A DNA stretch of 64,000 bases from Candidatus Altimarinota bacterium (GTDB lineage Bacteria; Patescibacteriota; Gracilibacteria; CAIRYL01), in contig OZ252287.1 of NCBI GenBank assembly GCA_965250085.1, forward strand, positions 96,001 through 160,000, written 5' to 3'. Shown here piece after piece: positions 1 to 9,957 of the stretch (its first letter is position 1; every line of letters begins with the position of its first letter). The notes under the pieces are model-generated. The model saw only the letters and a list, made by a program, of their open reading frames with translations, did not search any database and was not told where the DNA came from. Made by a program: the position numbers and the translations under genes.

Positions 1-577
1 ATTCAAATTCTCCTCCAGGAGCTTTCACATCAACAGTATCTCCTTTTTTTTGACCCAGCAGTGCTTTTCCAACTGGTGATTCATTAGAAATACGAGCGGA
101 CATCGGATCCGCTTCTGTCGAACCAACAATCGTATAGGTTTCTTTTTCTTTTGTTTTTTGATCGGCAATAACGACAGTGGATCCAATGCGAACAACACTC
201 GCTTTTTTACCGGCGATAATTTTGGCGTGCTTTACCTTTTGTTCCAATTCTAAGACACGACCTTCCACAAAAGCTTGTTCGTTTTTTGCTTCTTCATATT
301 CGGAGTTTTCAGAAAGATCTCCGTACGAAATAGCTTCTTTGAGCCTTTCTGCTACTTCTCTTCGCTTCACTGTTTTGAGTTCATCAAGCTCGAGCTTGAG
401 TGCTTTGAGACCTTCGGAAGTTATCAAAACAACATCCTGATCCTCTTCTTTTACAAGTGGAGAAGAGGCAACTGCTTCTTTTGAAGGAACTTCCTTTTTC
501 TTAGAAATTGGTTTTTTTGAAGGAGCTTCCTTTTTTTTAGAAGCAGGTTTTTTTTGAGCAGGTTTTTTTGTAGGCAT
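1..577 (-). CDS. greA: Transcription elongation factor GreA, partial at the left window edge, with a Lys/Pro-rich N-terminal extension
   Basis: Manual translation from ATG at 577 gives [22 protein letters not shown]... then [47 protein letters not shown] and IVGSTEADP...[13 protein letters not shown]. Not in the ORF track. Confidence 0.95.
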   Translation of the reverse strand, partial: MPTKKPAQKKPASKKKEAPSKKPISKKKEVPSKEAVASSPLVKEEDQDVVLITSEGLKALKLELDELKTVKRREVAERLKEAISYGDLSENSEYEEAKNEQAFVEGRVLELEQKVKHAKIIAGKKASVVRIGSTVVIADQKTKEKETYTIVGSTEADPMSARISNESPVGKALLGQKKGDTVDVKAPGGEFE

Positions 578-601
578 ACGAAGAGAAAAAATAAAAAAGT
601 T

Positions 602-2056
602 TTATGATTTTTTTTGAGTCTTTTTCAATTCCAATTTTCCGAATTTCGAAAAATCACTTTTTTTAAAAGAAAGAGAGCGACCTTTTTTCTTAGCGGCTTC
701 GCCATCTTTAATCTTTACACTGGTCGGATGGTCTCTGAGTTTTTGTAAAACTTTTGCTTCGATTTGACGAATTCGCTCACGGGTGACTCCAAATTCTTTC
801 CCAACCTCTTCAAGGGTGTGGGCGACTCCATCATTGAGACCAAATCTCATCTCAATAATTTTTCTTTCACGCGGAGAGAGATACATAAGCATAGAGCGAA
901 TATTTTCTTTCAGTATTTGACGAGCGGTGGATTCTACTGGAGACAAGCTGTCACTGTCTTCAATAAAATCAGCAAGCTTGGAGTCTTCTTCTGCGCCAAC
1001 AGGAGCTTCTAGAGAAACAATGTCTTGGGATATTTTGAGGATATGATGCACTTTTTTGACGTCGAGATCCATTTCCGCACCGAGTTCTTCAACAGTGGGA
1101 TCACGTCCTAATTCCTGCATGAGGCGCCTCTTTGTATGAGTGAGTTTATTGATCGTTTCCACCATGTGCACAGGGATGCGAATAGTTCTTGCTTGATCAG
1201 CAATAGCACGAGTAATAGCTTGTCTGATCCACCAAGTAGCGTAGGTGGAAAACTTGAAACCTCTGGTATAGTCAAATTTTTCAACAGCTCGAAAGAGTCC
1301 GATATTGCCTTCCTGAATGAGATCTAAAAAAGAGAGTCCTCGTCCAATGTATTTTTTAGCAATAGATACCACGAGCCTGAGGTTTGCTTCTGCCAAGTGC
1401 TGCTTCGCAGAAGCATCTCCTTTTTCTATTCGCTTTGCGAGTTCGACCTCCTCCTGAGCGGTCAACAAAGGGACTCGTCCAATTTCAGAAAGATACATGC
1501 GGACTGAATCATTAGAAATTTCGGTAAGTTGAATTTTTTTTCGGATTTCAAAATCATCAAGAGATTCGGTTTCTTCTTCATTTTCATCCTTGTTTTTTTC
1601 TTTTTCTCCGGATTCTTCTTCATCTTTTTCATCTTCCTCCAGAGCTCCTGCAAAAAAGTCGTATTCACCATCTTTCTTTTTTTCTTCTTTCTTCTTTTCT
1701 TCTTTTGTTTCAAAACGATTGCCCATCATGAGAGCTTCTATAGGATCTGCTTTCTTCTTTCTTTTTTTCTTTTTCTTTCCTTTTTCTTGTTTTTCCTCCT
1801 TTTCAGATTCGTTTTCTGATTCCCAAATAAGGGTGTCCCGGACATCAATAACATCGATTCCTAAGTCCATAAACAGCGTATAGACTCTATCCAAAAGGTC
1901 CAAGTCGTCTTCTGCATTGGGAAGAGCTTTCATAAGCTCTTGTTGCGTTACAAATCCATGAGCACGTCCTTTTTTAACAAGCTCTCGTATTGCAACAGGG
2001 AATTTTTCAAGTTCTTCTTTGGTAGGCTGGCGGATAAAGGTTGTGTTTTTTGCCAC
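602..2056 (-). CDS. rpoD: Primary RNA polymerase sigma-70 factor
   Basis: [57 protein letters not shown] and region 4 [20 protein letters not shown]; lies downstream of dnaG. Confidence 0.98.
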   Translation of the reverse strand: MAKNTTFIRQPTKEELEKFPVAIRELVKKGRAHGFVTQQELMKALPNAEDDLDLLDRVYTLFMDLGIDVIDVRDTLIWESENESEKEEKQEKGKKKKKRKKKADPIEALMMGNRFETKEEKKKEEKKKDGEYDFFAGALEEDEKDEEESGEKEKNKDENEEETESLDDFEIRKKIQLTEISNDSVRMYLSEIGRVPLLTAQEEVELAKRIEKGDASAKQHLAEANLRLVVSIAKKYIGRGLSFLDLIQEGNIGLFRAVEKFDYTRGFKFSTYATWWIRQAITRAIADQARTIRIPVHMVETINKLTHTKRRLMQELGRDPTVEELGAEMDLDVKKVHHILKISQDIVSLEAPVGAEEDSKLADFIEDSDSLSPVESTARQILKENIRSMLMYLSPRERKIIEMRFGLNDGVAHTLEEVGKEFGVTRERIRQIEAKVLQKLRDHPTSVKIKDGEAAKKKGRSLSFKKSDFSKFGKLELKKTQKKS

Positions 2057-2099
2057 AGAGGGTCAATTAAAATGTAAAATTCTGGATTTGAAAAAGGAG

Positions 2100-3872
2100 T
2101 TATATTTGTTGTAAAAGACGGATAAAATCAATTGATTGCTTTTTGAGTTCTTGCTCTTCAGTACTTTTGTTCTGTGCCGTTTTGAGGTTTTCAGAAATTT
2201 CCTGAAGTTTTCTTTTTATAAGCCATTTGTTGAGTTTTTGTACAAGATGCTTTACTTCTTCTCTTTTTCCTTGGTCAGAAAACCGATCCATCTTTTCTTC
2301 TGTATACAGCGTGAAGAGTTCCCATTTCTTTTTTTCTTCAGCAGAGAAGGCAGAAAGAACCTTTTGTGGGTCTATTTGACCCGAGGTATTGTACGCTTGG
2401 CAGAAACCGTTGTAAATTCTTTTTTCAAGCCCATCAGGGGCGATATCAAGGAGAAAATTTTTATGTGCGATTTCAAAAAGCTCTGGGAATGCGGAGAGAA
2501 CTCCAATGAAGTATGAAAGCGAAGATATTTTGGAAAAAGAATCCTCATCTGCAGACTTTATTTCACGAGAAAAAGCATTCTTTTGTTGTTTAAAGCTCTT
2601 TTTTTCAAAATCTTGAAATTCTTTTTGTATAATACGTTCGTCAGCGCGAAGTTTTTCCGAAAGGAATTTTATGTAGTGATTCTTTTCGAGTTCACCGGGG
2701 AATAAGTGTATAAAAGGGAAAACATTTTTCAGAATATTTCGCTGATCAGAAACGTCTTCTGTATTACGATTTTCGAGAGATTCTTCAATCAAAAAATCCA
2801 TCACTTGCTTCCGATCTGAGAGTGCTTTTGCAAAGTCAGATGGACTGTTTCTAATGACTTCATCAGGATCCTGCCCTTCTGGAAGGAGAATGACTGACAC
2901 CGTCATTCCTTCAGCAATAGCGATTTCGATAGCTCTTTTGGTGGCATCTTTTCCAGCACCATCAGCGTCAAATGCAAAGACAATGTTGGAAGAAAACCTC
3001 TTGAGCAGTGATACATGTTCTATAGAAAGAGCTGTTCCACTTACTGCTACCGTATTTTTATATCCGGCATTACAGCATTGGAGTACATCAAAGTATCCTT
3101 CAACAACGAGACAAAAGTCTTCTTTTTGAATTGCTTGTTTGGCAATGCTCAATCCGTACAAAATCTGGCTCTTGTGGTACATGACTGTCTCGGGGGAATT
3201 TAAATATTTAGGATCGCCTTTTTCAGCGATTCTTCCACCAAACCCTCTCAAAGTTTTGTGCACATCATAAATAGGGAACATGATACGTCCTCGAAATCGA
3301 TCGTATACTTTTTCTCCTTTTTTATCTTTGCTTCCTACCATACCGGCTTCCAGCATTTCTTTTCGCGAAAATCCTTTTGAGGAAAGATGTTTTTCTAATG
3401 CGTGAAAGTCATCAAAAGCATACCCGATACCAAAAGTTTCGAGGGTTTCTCGAGAAAGACACCTCTGTTTAACGATATCTTGTATTTTTTTTGTTTTTTT
3501 CAGGGTTTCCTCAAAATATTTTTTAGATTCTTCAAGGAGTTCAGAGAATCTGATCTTTTTTTCTTTTTTAAGATTAGTGTCTTTAAAATTGTGAGATTTG
3601 AGTTCTACACCTGCCATTTCTGCGAGAATTTTAAGAGCTTCTGGAAAATCTACATTTTCCACTTTTTGGAGGAATCCAAATACATCACCTCCACTTTGAC
3701 ATGAAAAACACCATGCCAATCCCTTCTCATTGCTCACCAAGAGAGATGGATTGTGATCATCATGAAAAGGACAGAGCCCCTTCATGTTCCGTCCTACTGG
3801 TTTCAGGGTGACATACTTGCTTACGACATCGCTGATAGAAAGCCGATTTTTAATCTCTTGTACTGTGTCCAC
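2100..3872 (-). CDS. dnaG: DNA primase
   Basis: Zinc finger CPFHDDHNPS...CFSC, FRGRIMFPI, KYLNSPET and Toprim motifs VEGYFDV and FDADGAG. Confidence 0.98.
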   Translation of the reverse strand: MDTVQEIKNRLSISDVVSKYVTLKPVGRNMKGLCPFHDDHNPSLLVSNEKGLAWCFSCQSGGDVFGFLQKVENVDFPEALKILAEMAGVELKSHNFKDTNLKKEKKIRFSELLEESKKYFEETLKKTKKIQDIVKQRCLSRETLETFGIGYAFDDFHALEKHLSSKGFSRKEMLEAGMVGSKDKKGEKVYDRFRGRIMFPIYDVHKTLRGFGGRIAEKGDPKYLNSPETVMYHKSQILYGLSIAKQAIQKEDFCLVVEGYFDVLQCCNAGYKNTVAVSGTALSIEHVSLLKRFSSNIVFAFDADGAGKDATKRAIEIAIAEGMTVSVILLPEGQDPDEVIRNSPSDFAKALSDRKQVMDFLIEESLENRNTEDVSDQRNILKNVFPFIHLFPGELEKNHYIKFLSEKLRADERIIQKEFQDFEKKSFKQQKNAFSREIKSADEDSFSKISSLSYFIGVLSAFPELFEIAHKNFLLDIAPDGLEKRIYNGFCQAYNTSGQIDPQKVLSAFSAEEKKKWELFTLYTEEKMDRFSDQGKREEVKHLVQKLNKWLIKRKLQEISENLKTAQNKSTEEQELKKQSIDFIRLLQQI

Positions 3873-3878
3873 AGAATC

Positions 3879-3902
3879 AATTACAAATTACGAATTACGA
3901 AT
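3879..3902. repeat. Short tandem heptamer repeat (AATTAC-A/G-like)
   Basis: aattacaaattacgaattacgaat; related heptamer runs occur near 4915, 5733, 5975, 10960, 38805, 47794, 48127 and 60773. Confidence 0.6.
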
Positions 3903-4003
3903 GAAGAAAATGGGGGAGATATAGTAGCGCAAGAGGGGAAAAAGTGGAATTGAAACATATATTTTTATCAATTTTAGAAATTCATAAGTTTTTTTGTTTT
4001 GCA

Positions 4004-4402
4004 ATGGCAAGTATTTGTGAGAAAAAGAAAACAGGTGATACAATTCTTACAAGCTTTTCAGTTTCTATGGGTCATAATTGTTCTGACAAGAGTCCGATTG
4101 AGTTACAAAAACATGAAACACATTCAGTGACTGTGGAAGAAGCTTTGGAAAACATGAGTTTACTTCAAAGAGAATGTAAGGCACTTGTATCTCGAGTAAA
4201 TCAATGGTCACGAAACCAAATAGGAGGATGTCTCAAACACAACAATGTTATTACATGGCGAAAAGGTGATTTGAAGGAAAGAGAATGTGTTGATTGTGGT
4301 CAGCAGCAATCATTTGTGATGACTTATGATTTTGTTGGACATGGTCCAGATCGTTCATTTTGGATGAAGGGGCAATTTCACAGTACTGGATCTTCATCGT
4401 AA
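4004..4402 (+). CDS. Hypothetical protein with a CxxC motif
   Basis: ORF fills the dnaG-rplL gap; in-frame ATG at 4004; contains CVDC; followed by a terminator. Confidence 0.55.
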   Translation: MASICEKKKTGDTILTSFSVSMGHNCSDKSPIELQKHETHSVTVEEALENMSLLQRECKALVSRVNQWSRNQIGGCLKHNNVITWRKGDLKERECVDCGQQQSFVMTYDFVGHGPDRSFWMKGQFHSTGSSS

Positions 4403-4419
4403 TTGTATTGATTATCAAT

Positions 4420-4452
4420 AAAAACATCCCTCTTCCAGAGAGAGATGTTTTT
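4420..4452. terminator. Probable bidirectional intrinsic terminator
   Basis: AAAAACATCCCTCT-TCC-AGAGAGAGATGTTTTT hairpin between convergent genes. Confidence 0.6.
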
Positions 4453-4474
4453 CATAAGAGACAAGGGGAAAAAC

Positions 4475-4888
4475 TTATTTGAGCTCAACTTCTGCTCCAG
4501 TTTCTTCAAGCTTTTTCTTGAGTTCTTCGGCTTCTTCCTTTTTGACACCTTCTTTGATGGGTTTAGGAGCACCATCTACAAGGTCTTTTGCTTCTTTGAG
4601 GCCAAGACCAGTGACTTCACGGACTGCCTTGATCACACTGATCTTGGCTTGTCCGGCAGAGGTTAAGACAACGTCAAAGCTGTCTTTTTTTTCTCCACCA
4701 CCAGCGTCACCTCCACCTCCACCAGGAGCGGCAACAGCCATAGGAGCGGCAGCAGAAACACCAAATGTATCTTCCATATGAGCTACCACAGCAGCGAGTT
4801 CGAGAACGGTAAGCTTTTCAACGAGTTCAAGAACCTTCTCTCCGTTTTTTGAAAGCTTTGGAAGATCTTTTTTTGCGTCTTCAGACAT
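4475..4888 (-). CDS. rplL: 50S ribosomal protein L7/L12
   Basis: LTVLELA...[35 protein letters not shown] and GAEVELK. Confidence 0.98.
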   Translation of the reverse strand: MSEDAKKDLPKLSKNGEKVLELVEKLTVLELAAVVAHMEDTFGVSAAAPMAVAAPGGGGGDAGGGEKKDSFDVVLTSAGQAKISVIKAVREVTGLGLKEAKDLVDGAPKPIKEGVKKEEAEELKKKLEETGAEVELK

Positions 4889-4953
4889 GAGAATAAAAAA
4901 TTAAAGAATAAAAAAGTGAATAAGTAGTAAGTGAGTCAGTTGTCAGTAGTAAG

Positions 4954-5727
4954 TTACGCTTCTTCTTTGGACTCATTGGAGTCTTCAGTACCTTCTGTCG
5001 CATCTTCTGGTGGTCCTGAACTTTCTGGGTTTTCCGCAGCCTCAGAGGATTCTGAATCATCGGATGGGTCTGGGCTTCCTGAAGCATCAGTTGAAGTATT
5101 TGTTTCAACTTCTGGCTTTTTTTCTTTTGGCTGAAGATTTTCGGCCTCTACATTTGGTTCTTGTGTTTTTTCTCCTCCTGGCTCCTGACTCCCATCTCCT
5201 GACTCTTCAAGTTTTTCCTTCAGTCCATTGAGCGCCATAACCAGTCCACCGAGTAAACTATTGCTGATGCCAACAAATCCACTGAGTGGTGATTGGAGTG
5301 ATCCCATAAATTTTGCCAAAAGCTCTTCTTTGGATGGGAGTTTGGCCAAAGCAATTACTTCATCCTGACCAATTACTTTGCCATCCATGATGGCGGCAAT
5401 GAGGACAAGATTCTCATGATCTTTTGCAAATTTTGCCAAAAGCTTGGCATTTATAATTTCATCTTCATACGAAAAAGCAGCTCCTACTGCCCCATCAAGA
5501 AGGCCCTTCTCCATGCCTTCCACACTGCTGTCAGCACATGCCTTGAGAAGAAGAGTTTTTTTTGCCACCTGAAAGTCGACTCCAGATTCGTGAAGATTGC
5601 GTCTGAGTTCGGTAACTTCTGAAACACTAAGTCCTCTGTTGGCGGCAAAAACTACTGATTTTGAGCGACCAAATCGATCCACGAGGGTGGAGAGGATATC
5701 CTGTTTTTGTTTTTTAGAAACGGCCAT
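4954..5727 (-). CDS. rplJ: 50S ribosomal protein L10 with an acidic C-terminal extension of about 80 aa
   Basis: GLSVSEVTELRRNL, VAKKTLL and LAKLPSKEELLAKF; lies upstream of rplL. Confidence 0.97.
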   Translation of the reverse strand: MAVSKKQKQDILSTLVDRFGRSKSVVFAANRGLSVSEVTELRRNLHESGVDFQVAKKTLLLKACADSSVEGMEKGLLDGAVGAAFSYEDEIINAKLLAKFAKDHENLVLIAAIMDGKVIGQDEVIALAKLPSKEELLAKFMGSLQSPLSGFVGISNSLLGGLVMALNGLKEKLEESGDGSQEPGGEKTQEPNVEAENLQPKEKKPEVETNTSTDASGSPDPSDDSESSEAAENPESSGPPEDATEGTEDSNESKEEA

Positions 5728-5789
5728 ATTACAAAAGTTGAAAGTTCAAAAGTTTATAAAGTGTAAAGTCAAAAAATATCCTTGACGCT

Positions 5790-5925
5790 CGATCAAAGAT
5801 TTATGGAGGAGTCACCTTTCTGTCTCAGGATTTGGGAAATTAAATTCCTGCGAAATATTGTATGACTTCTCTGGGCTGGTCTTACTTCCACTCAAGGTGG
5901 ATGCCAACTGTCTCTGAGGAGCGAG
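5790..5925 (-). promoter_or_regulatory. Probable L10 leader (autoregulatory mRNA structure)
   Basis: GC-richer 5' UTR of rplJ containing AGACAGUUGG...UAAGA...CCAGC and GCAGG...UUUAAU...CCUG segments reminiscent of L10 leaders. Confidence 0.5.
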
Positions 5926-6052
5926 AGGTATTGTATGGATTTTGAAAAAAGATGCAAGGGAAAATGTGGGGGGAATTATAAATTTTGAATTATGAATTTT
6001 GAATTTGTTTGATACTATTTTTCTCGGATTTTTCTTTTCTTTTCAAAAAATC

Positions 6053-7216
6053 ATGTCTTCAATTATAGGTGTCCTCACAGAAGTAAAGGACAACGAAAAT
6101 CGTATTGCACTCACCCCTGAAGGGGTCGCTCAACTTGTACAAGCAGGCCATAAGGTATTGGTACAACGCCATGCCGGAAAAGGAAGCGGATATCATGACC
6201 ATCAATATATTGATGCAGGAGCTGAAATACAGGCGACGCCAGAAGAGATTGCGAGTGAGGTTGATATTCTGATGAAGGTCAAAGAACCAATAGAAAGCGA
6301 ATATCATCTTTTGGGCCTCCTCAAAGGAAAAACTCTTTTTACGTATCTTCATCTTTCAGGAGTACCCAAATCACTTACCAAAACCTTATTACAGTACAAT
6401 ATCACCGCCATTGCTTATGAAACCGTGGAAGATGCAGATGGAGGATTACCGCTTTTGGTCCCTATGAGTGAAGTGGCAGGGGTACTTGCGGTGCAATATG
6501 GAGCAGAGTATCTCCAGAAAAAATATGGAGGGCGAGCCAAGACACTTGGAGAAATACAAAATGTAAAACAATCAGAAGTAGTTATTTTTGGTGCAGGAAT
6601 AGTCGGAAAAGCTTCGGCCAAAACTGCTGCAGGGATGGGGAGTCATGTTACGCTTTTTGATATCAATGAAGAATCTCTCAAAAGAGCTCGCCAGGAACTC
6701 AAAGCATATCTCGGCTCAAACCTTATACAAAATGTTGTGTTTGCAAAGCCAGATAAAGAGTCTGCAAGTGACGCTATTGCGAGAGCAGATGTTCTGATTA
6801 GTGGGGTACTTGTTCATGGAGCCCATGCCCCTCGGATTGTGAGTAAAGAGCAGGTACATTTGATGAAAGATGGAGCGGTCATCGTAGATGTCTCTATTGA
6901 CCAGGGAGGATCTATTTGGGGAGCCAAGCCAACTACTCATAGCAATCCTATTTATGAACTGGATAGCAAGATTTATTGCTGTGTGACCAATATGCCGGGA
7001 CAAGTAGCCTATCAATCTACGCAGGCTCTCACAGGAGCAACGTTGCCATATATCCTCAAATTGGGAGAAAAAGGCACAGAAAAGGCTTTACAATCTGACA
7101 CAGGATTTCTCAAAGGGCTCAATACCTATAAAGGCTACATCACTTATCAATCAGTAGCAAAAGATCTTAAGATGGTAGGAAAATACATGGATCCCAATAA
7201 AGCACTTACAAAATAA
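6053..7216 (+). CDS. ald: Alanine dehydrogenase
   Basis: IGVLTEVKDNENRIALTP, KVKEP, LFTYLHL, PMSEVAG, DVSIDQGG and NMPG; ATG at 6053 chosen as start. Confidence 0.96.
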   Translation: MSSIIGVLTEVKDNENRIALTPEGVAQLVQAGHKVLVQRHAGKGSGYHDHQYIDAGAEIQATPEEIASEVDILMKVKEPIESEYHLLGLLKGKTLFTYLHLSGVPKSLTKTLLQYNITAIAYETVEDADGGLPLLVPMSEVAGVLAVQYGAEYLQKKYGGRAKTLGEIQNVKQSEVVIFGAGIVGKASAKTAAGMGSHVTLFDINEESLKRARQELKAYLGSNLIQNVVFAKPDKESASDAIARADVLISGVLVHGAHAPRIVSKEQVHLMKDGAVIVDVSIDQGGSIWGAKPTTHSNPIYELDSKIYCCVTNMPGQVAYQSTQALTGATLPYILKLGEKGTEKALQSDTGFLKGLNTYKGYITYQSVAKDLKMVGKYMDPNKALTK

Positions 7217-7220
7217 AACT

Positions 7221-7745
7221 GTGATAAAACTCTATACAAAAGGAGGCGACAATGGAAATTCGGGATTCATTGGCGAACAGAACATTTCAAAAGATGACCC
7301 TATATTTGAGGTTCTCGGAACAATAGATGAACTCAATTCTCACATTGGACTGAGCCTTGTAGGAATTGAAGGTGACATACGAAAAGAACTCTTGAATTTG
7401 CAAGATATGCTCCTGAGCATAGGGTCTGAAATTGCAGGAGGAGATGGATTTCGAGTGTCCGAAGAGAATATTTTATTCCTTGAAAGCAGAATTGACGTGT
7501 ACCAAAAGGGGACTCGAGCAGACTGGTATACCAAATTTTTATTTCCCGGAGGAACAAAACTTGCTGCACATCTCGATGTATCCAGAGCTGTGAGCAGAAG
7601 ACTAGAACGCAGGATGGTAGCTTTTGTGCGTGAAAACAAAGGATTTGCATTGGTTCTTAAATATTTTAATCGTCTTTCAGACTATTTCTTTGCCCTCAGG
7701 TGTTTTGTCAACTCTGAAGCGGGATATGAGGAAAAAGAGTTTTGA
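7221..7745 (+). CDS. ATP:cob(I)alamin adenosyltransferase, PduO type
   Basis: LYTKGGDNGNS, GTIDELNSHIG, RAVSRRLERR and YFNRLSDYFFALR. Confidence 0.9.
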   Translation: MIKLYTKGGDNGNSGFIGEQNISKDDPIFEVLGTIDELNSHIGLSLVGIEGDIRKELLNLQDMLLSIGSEIAGGDGFRVSEENILFLESRIDVYQKGTRADWYTKFLFPGGTKLAAHLDVSRAVSRRLERRMVAFVRENKGFALVLKYFNRLSDYFFALRCFVNSEAGYEEKEF

Positions 7746-7785
7746 TTTGGAGCATCTAAAAAGGGAGATAAAATTAGAGAAAATA

Positions 7786-7814
7786 TTGACATATTTCCTT
7801 TTTTACTTTATAAT
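7786..7814 (+). promoter_or_regulatory. Consensus sigma70 promoter
   Basis: TTGACA-17 nt-TATAAT, ending 35 nt upstream of the ATG at 7850. Confidence 0.8.
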
Positions 7815-7849
7815 TAAGATCAGTATTTTGGGTTTTTATCTTATGTATT

Positions 7850-8254
7850 ATGAAAGAGAAGGCAATCCTTATAGCTGAAGATACGGATTCTTACAGAGAA
7901 AGTTTTCAAAGACTTGTGAGCATGATGGGTGGTGACACTATTAATGTAATTGCTGTTACTACAGGGCAAGAAGCTATTGATGTAATTGAATCAGATCAAA
8001 AAATAGATGCTGCAGTTATTGATTACGAATATGATGAAGTATCGGGGTACGAGGGAGCAAATGGAGAAAAAGTAGTGGAAATAGCGAATGAAAAGGGGAT
8101 TAATATTATAATCCTCAATACAGGGGTCAGAAGACATAGAGAGGAGCTTGTAAGAAGAATAAGAGACATAGGTGTAGAAATTTCCGATGAACCTCAAAAA
8201 ATGGGTCCTGATGGGATGGAAGAGCTTCTTAGAAGATTAGATATTGAAATATAA
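7850..8254 (+). CDS. Stand-alone response-regulator receiver (CheY-like) protein
   Basis: ILIAED, TGQEAIDVI, AAVID phospho-acceptor strand, NGEKVV and IILNTG. Confidence 0.75.
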   Translation: MKEKAILIAEDTDSYRESFQRLVSMMGGDTINVIAVTTGQEAIDVIESDQKIDAAVIDYEYDEVSGYEGANGEKVVEIANEKGINIIILNTGVRRHREELVRRIRDIGVEISDEPQKMGPDGMEELLRRLDIEI

Positions 8255-8265
8255 AAAATACCGTT

Positions 8266-8295
8266 CGTCCAAAGTCTTTTTGACTTGGACGTTTT
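8266..8295 (+). terminator. Intrinsic terminator
   Basis: CGTCCAAAGTC-TTTTT-GACTTGGACG-TTTT. Confidence 0.55.
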
Positions 8296-8375
8296 GAAAT
8301 TATAAGGGTTTCAGTCCAGAATACAAAAACCAATTGAGAACTAACAAGAATTAAACCCACCTAGCTTGGGAGGAA

Positions 8376-9821
8376 CTATTTTTCACAATGTTCACACCTC
8401 TCACCCTCAAAGGTGATTTCTTCGGGGTCGAGCATGTCTCCGCGCTCAGGAATTTCAATGGTCCAATTGTTCCTCATATTTCTCAGTCTCTTGGCAAAGG
8501 CACAGCTTTGTGAAATTTCTCCATGAACAATAAATACATGTGAAATGCGATCAATTGGTTTTATAAAATTCATAAGGTCATTGTAGTCTCCGTGGCCGGA
8601 ATATCCGTTCAGGATTTCTACTTTTGCTCTGAGTTTGTGCATTTCACCAAATATTTTTACAAATGGTCTGCGCTCTACAATGCGTCTTCCCAGAGTGTGT
8701 TCTGCCTGGTATCCCACAATCATGACCGTGTTATTTGGATTTTCTACATTATTTCTTAAATGATGACGAATACGTCCAAATTCACACATACCAGAAGCAG
8801 AAATAACAATTGCTGGACCTTTCAGAGTATTGATGGCTTTAGACTCTTCAACTGATTCGGTATATTTCAAATTTCCAAAACAGCAGAACGGATCAAGTCC
8901 TTTTTCAGTAAACGTCTTTTTGGTGTCTTCATCATAGCATTCTGGATGCTTTTGAAAGACCTTTGTTGCCCTCGTAGCAAGAGGGGAGTCGACGAAAATG
9001 GGAATACGGGGGACCTTGCCTTCTTCATACAGAACATGAAGGTCGTAGACGAGTTCTTGTGTTCGTTCGAGAGAGAATGCCGGAATAATGACTTTTCCGC
9101 CTCGTGCGGCTGTTTCGGTGACAATACGCCCCATCTCTCCACGCATTTCTGAAAAAGGTTCATGCAGTCGATTCCCATAAGTGCTTTCCGTAATGAGATA
9201 ATTACACCAGTCAGGAGATTCTGGATCACGAAGAATTATTTTGTCCACCCTCCCCACATCTCCAGTAAAAACGAGTCGTTTTTGTTCTCCATTTTCTTCA
9301 AATTCCAAGATCGTCACCGCGGATCCCAAAATATGCCCTGCATCGAGAAAGGTACAATAGATCCCAGGAAGCACCTCAAAACGATCATGATAATTCCTTC
9401 CCTGTAAGAGTGGAAAAGAAGATTCTGCGTCTTTTTGAGTGTAGAGGGGCTCTAGAGGGATTGCAGGTTTGTTTTTTGATTTTCTTTGACGAAAAAATTC
9501 AGAATCACGTTCTTGAATATGTGCAGAATCCATAAGCATGACTTGGGTCACATCTTTGGTGGCATGCGTGCAAAAAATATCTCCCCGAAAGCCAAATTTG
9601 ACCAATCGAGGGATATTGCCACAATGATCAATATGGGCATGAGAAAGGATCATGGCATCTACTTTGCTCGGATCAAATCCAAAACGAATATTCTTTTCAT
9701 AACTTTCCTTTCGTCTTCCCTGAAAAAGCCCACAATCCAGGAGAACAAACTTCCCATTGATCTCGAGAAGATGCTTGGAGCCAGTGACTTCATGAGCGGC
9801 TCCGTGAAAATGAATGCGCAT
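8376..9821 (-). CDS. Beta-CASP metallo-beta-lactamase fold ribonuclease
   Basis: GAAHEVTGS, DCGLFQG, SHAHIDHCG, AGHILGS, ESTYGNR, SASGMCEFGRIRHH and SGHGD. Confidence 0.93.
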   Translation of the reverse strand: MRIHFHGAAHEVTGSKHLLEINGKFVLLDCGLFQGRRKESYEKNIRFGFDPSKVDAMILSHAHIDHCGNIPRLVKFGFRGDIFCTHATKDVTQVMLMDSAHIQERDSEFFRQRKSKNKPAIPLEPLYTQKDAESSFPLLQGRNYHDRFEVLPGIYCTFLDAGHILGSAVTILEFEENGEQKRLVFTGDVGRVDKIILRDPESPDWCNYLITESTYGNRLHEPFSEMRGEMGRIVTETAARGGKVIIPAFSLERTQELVYDLHVLYEEGKVPRIPIFVDSPLATRATKVFQKHPECYDEDTKKTFTEKGLDPFCCFGNLKYTESVEESKAINTLKGPAIVISASGMCEFGRIRHHLRNNVENPNNTVMIVGYQAEHTLGRRIVERRPFVKIFGEMHKLRAKVEILNGYSGHGDYNDLMNFIKPIDRISHVFIVHGEISQSCAFAKRLRNMRNNWTIEIPERGDMLDPEEITFEGERCEHCEK

Positions 9822-9957
9822 ATGTATTTGTTTAAATCCCCTCCATTATCTCATAAAACAGACCTTTTCTCAATTTGTATTTTTTGAAAAAATGCATGGA
9901 AGATTACAAATATCTGCTATACTTCCCGCGAATTTTTTTCTTTTCCCAAAAACACAT

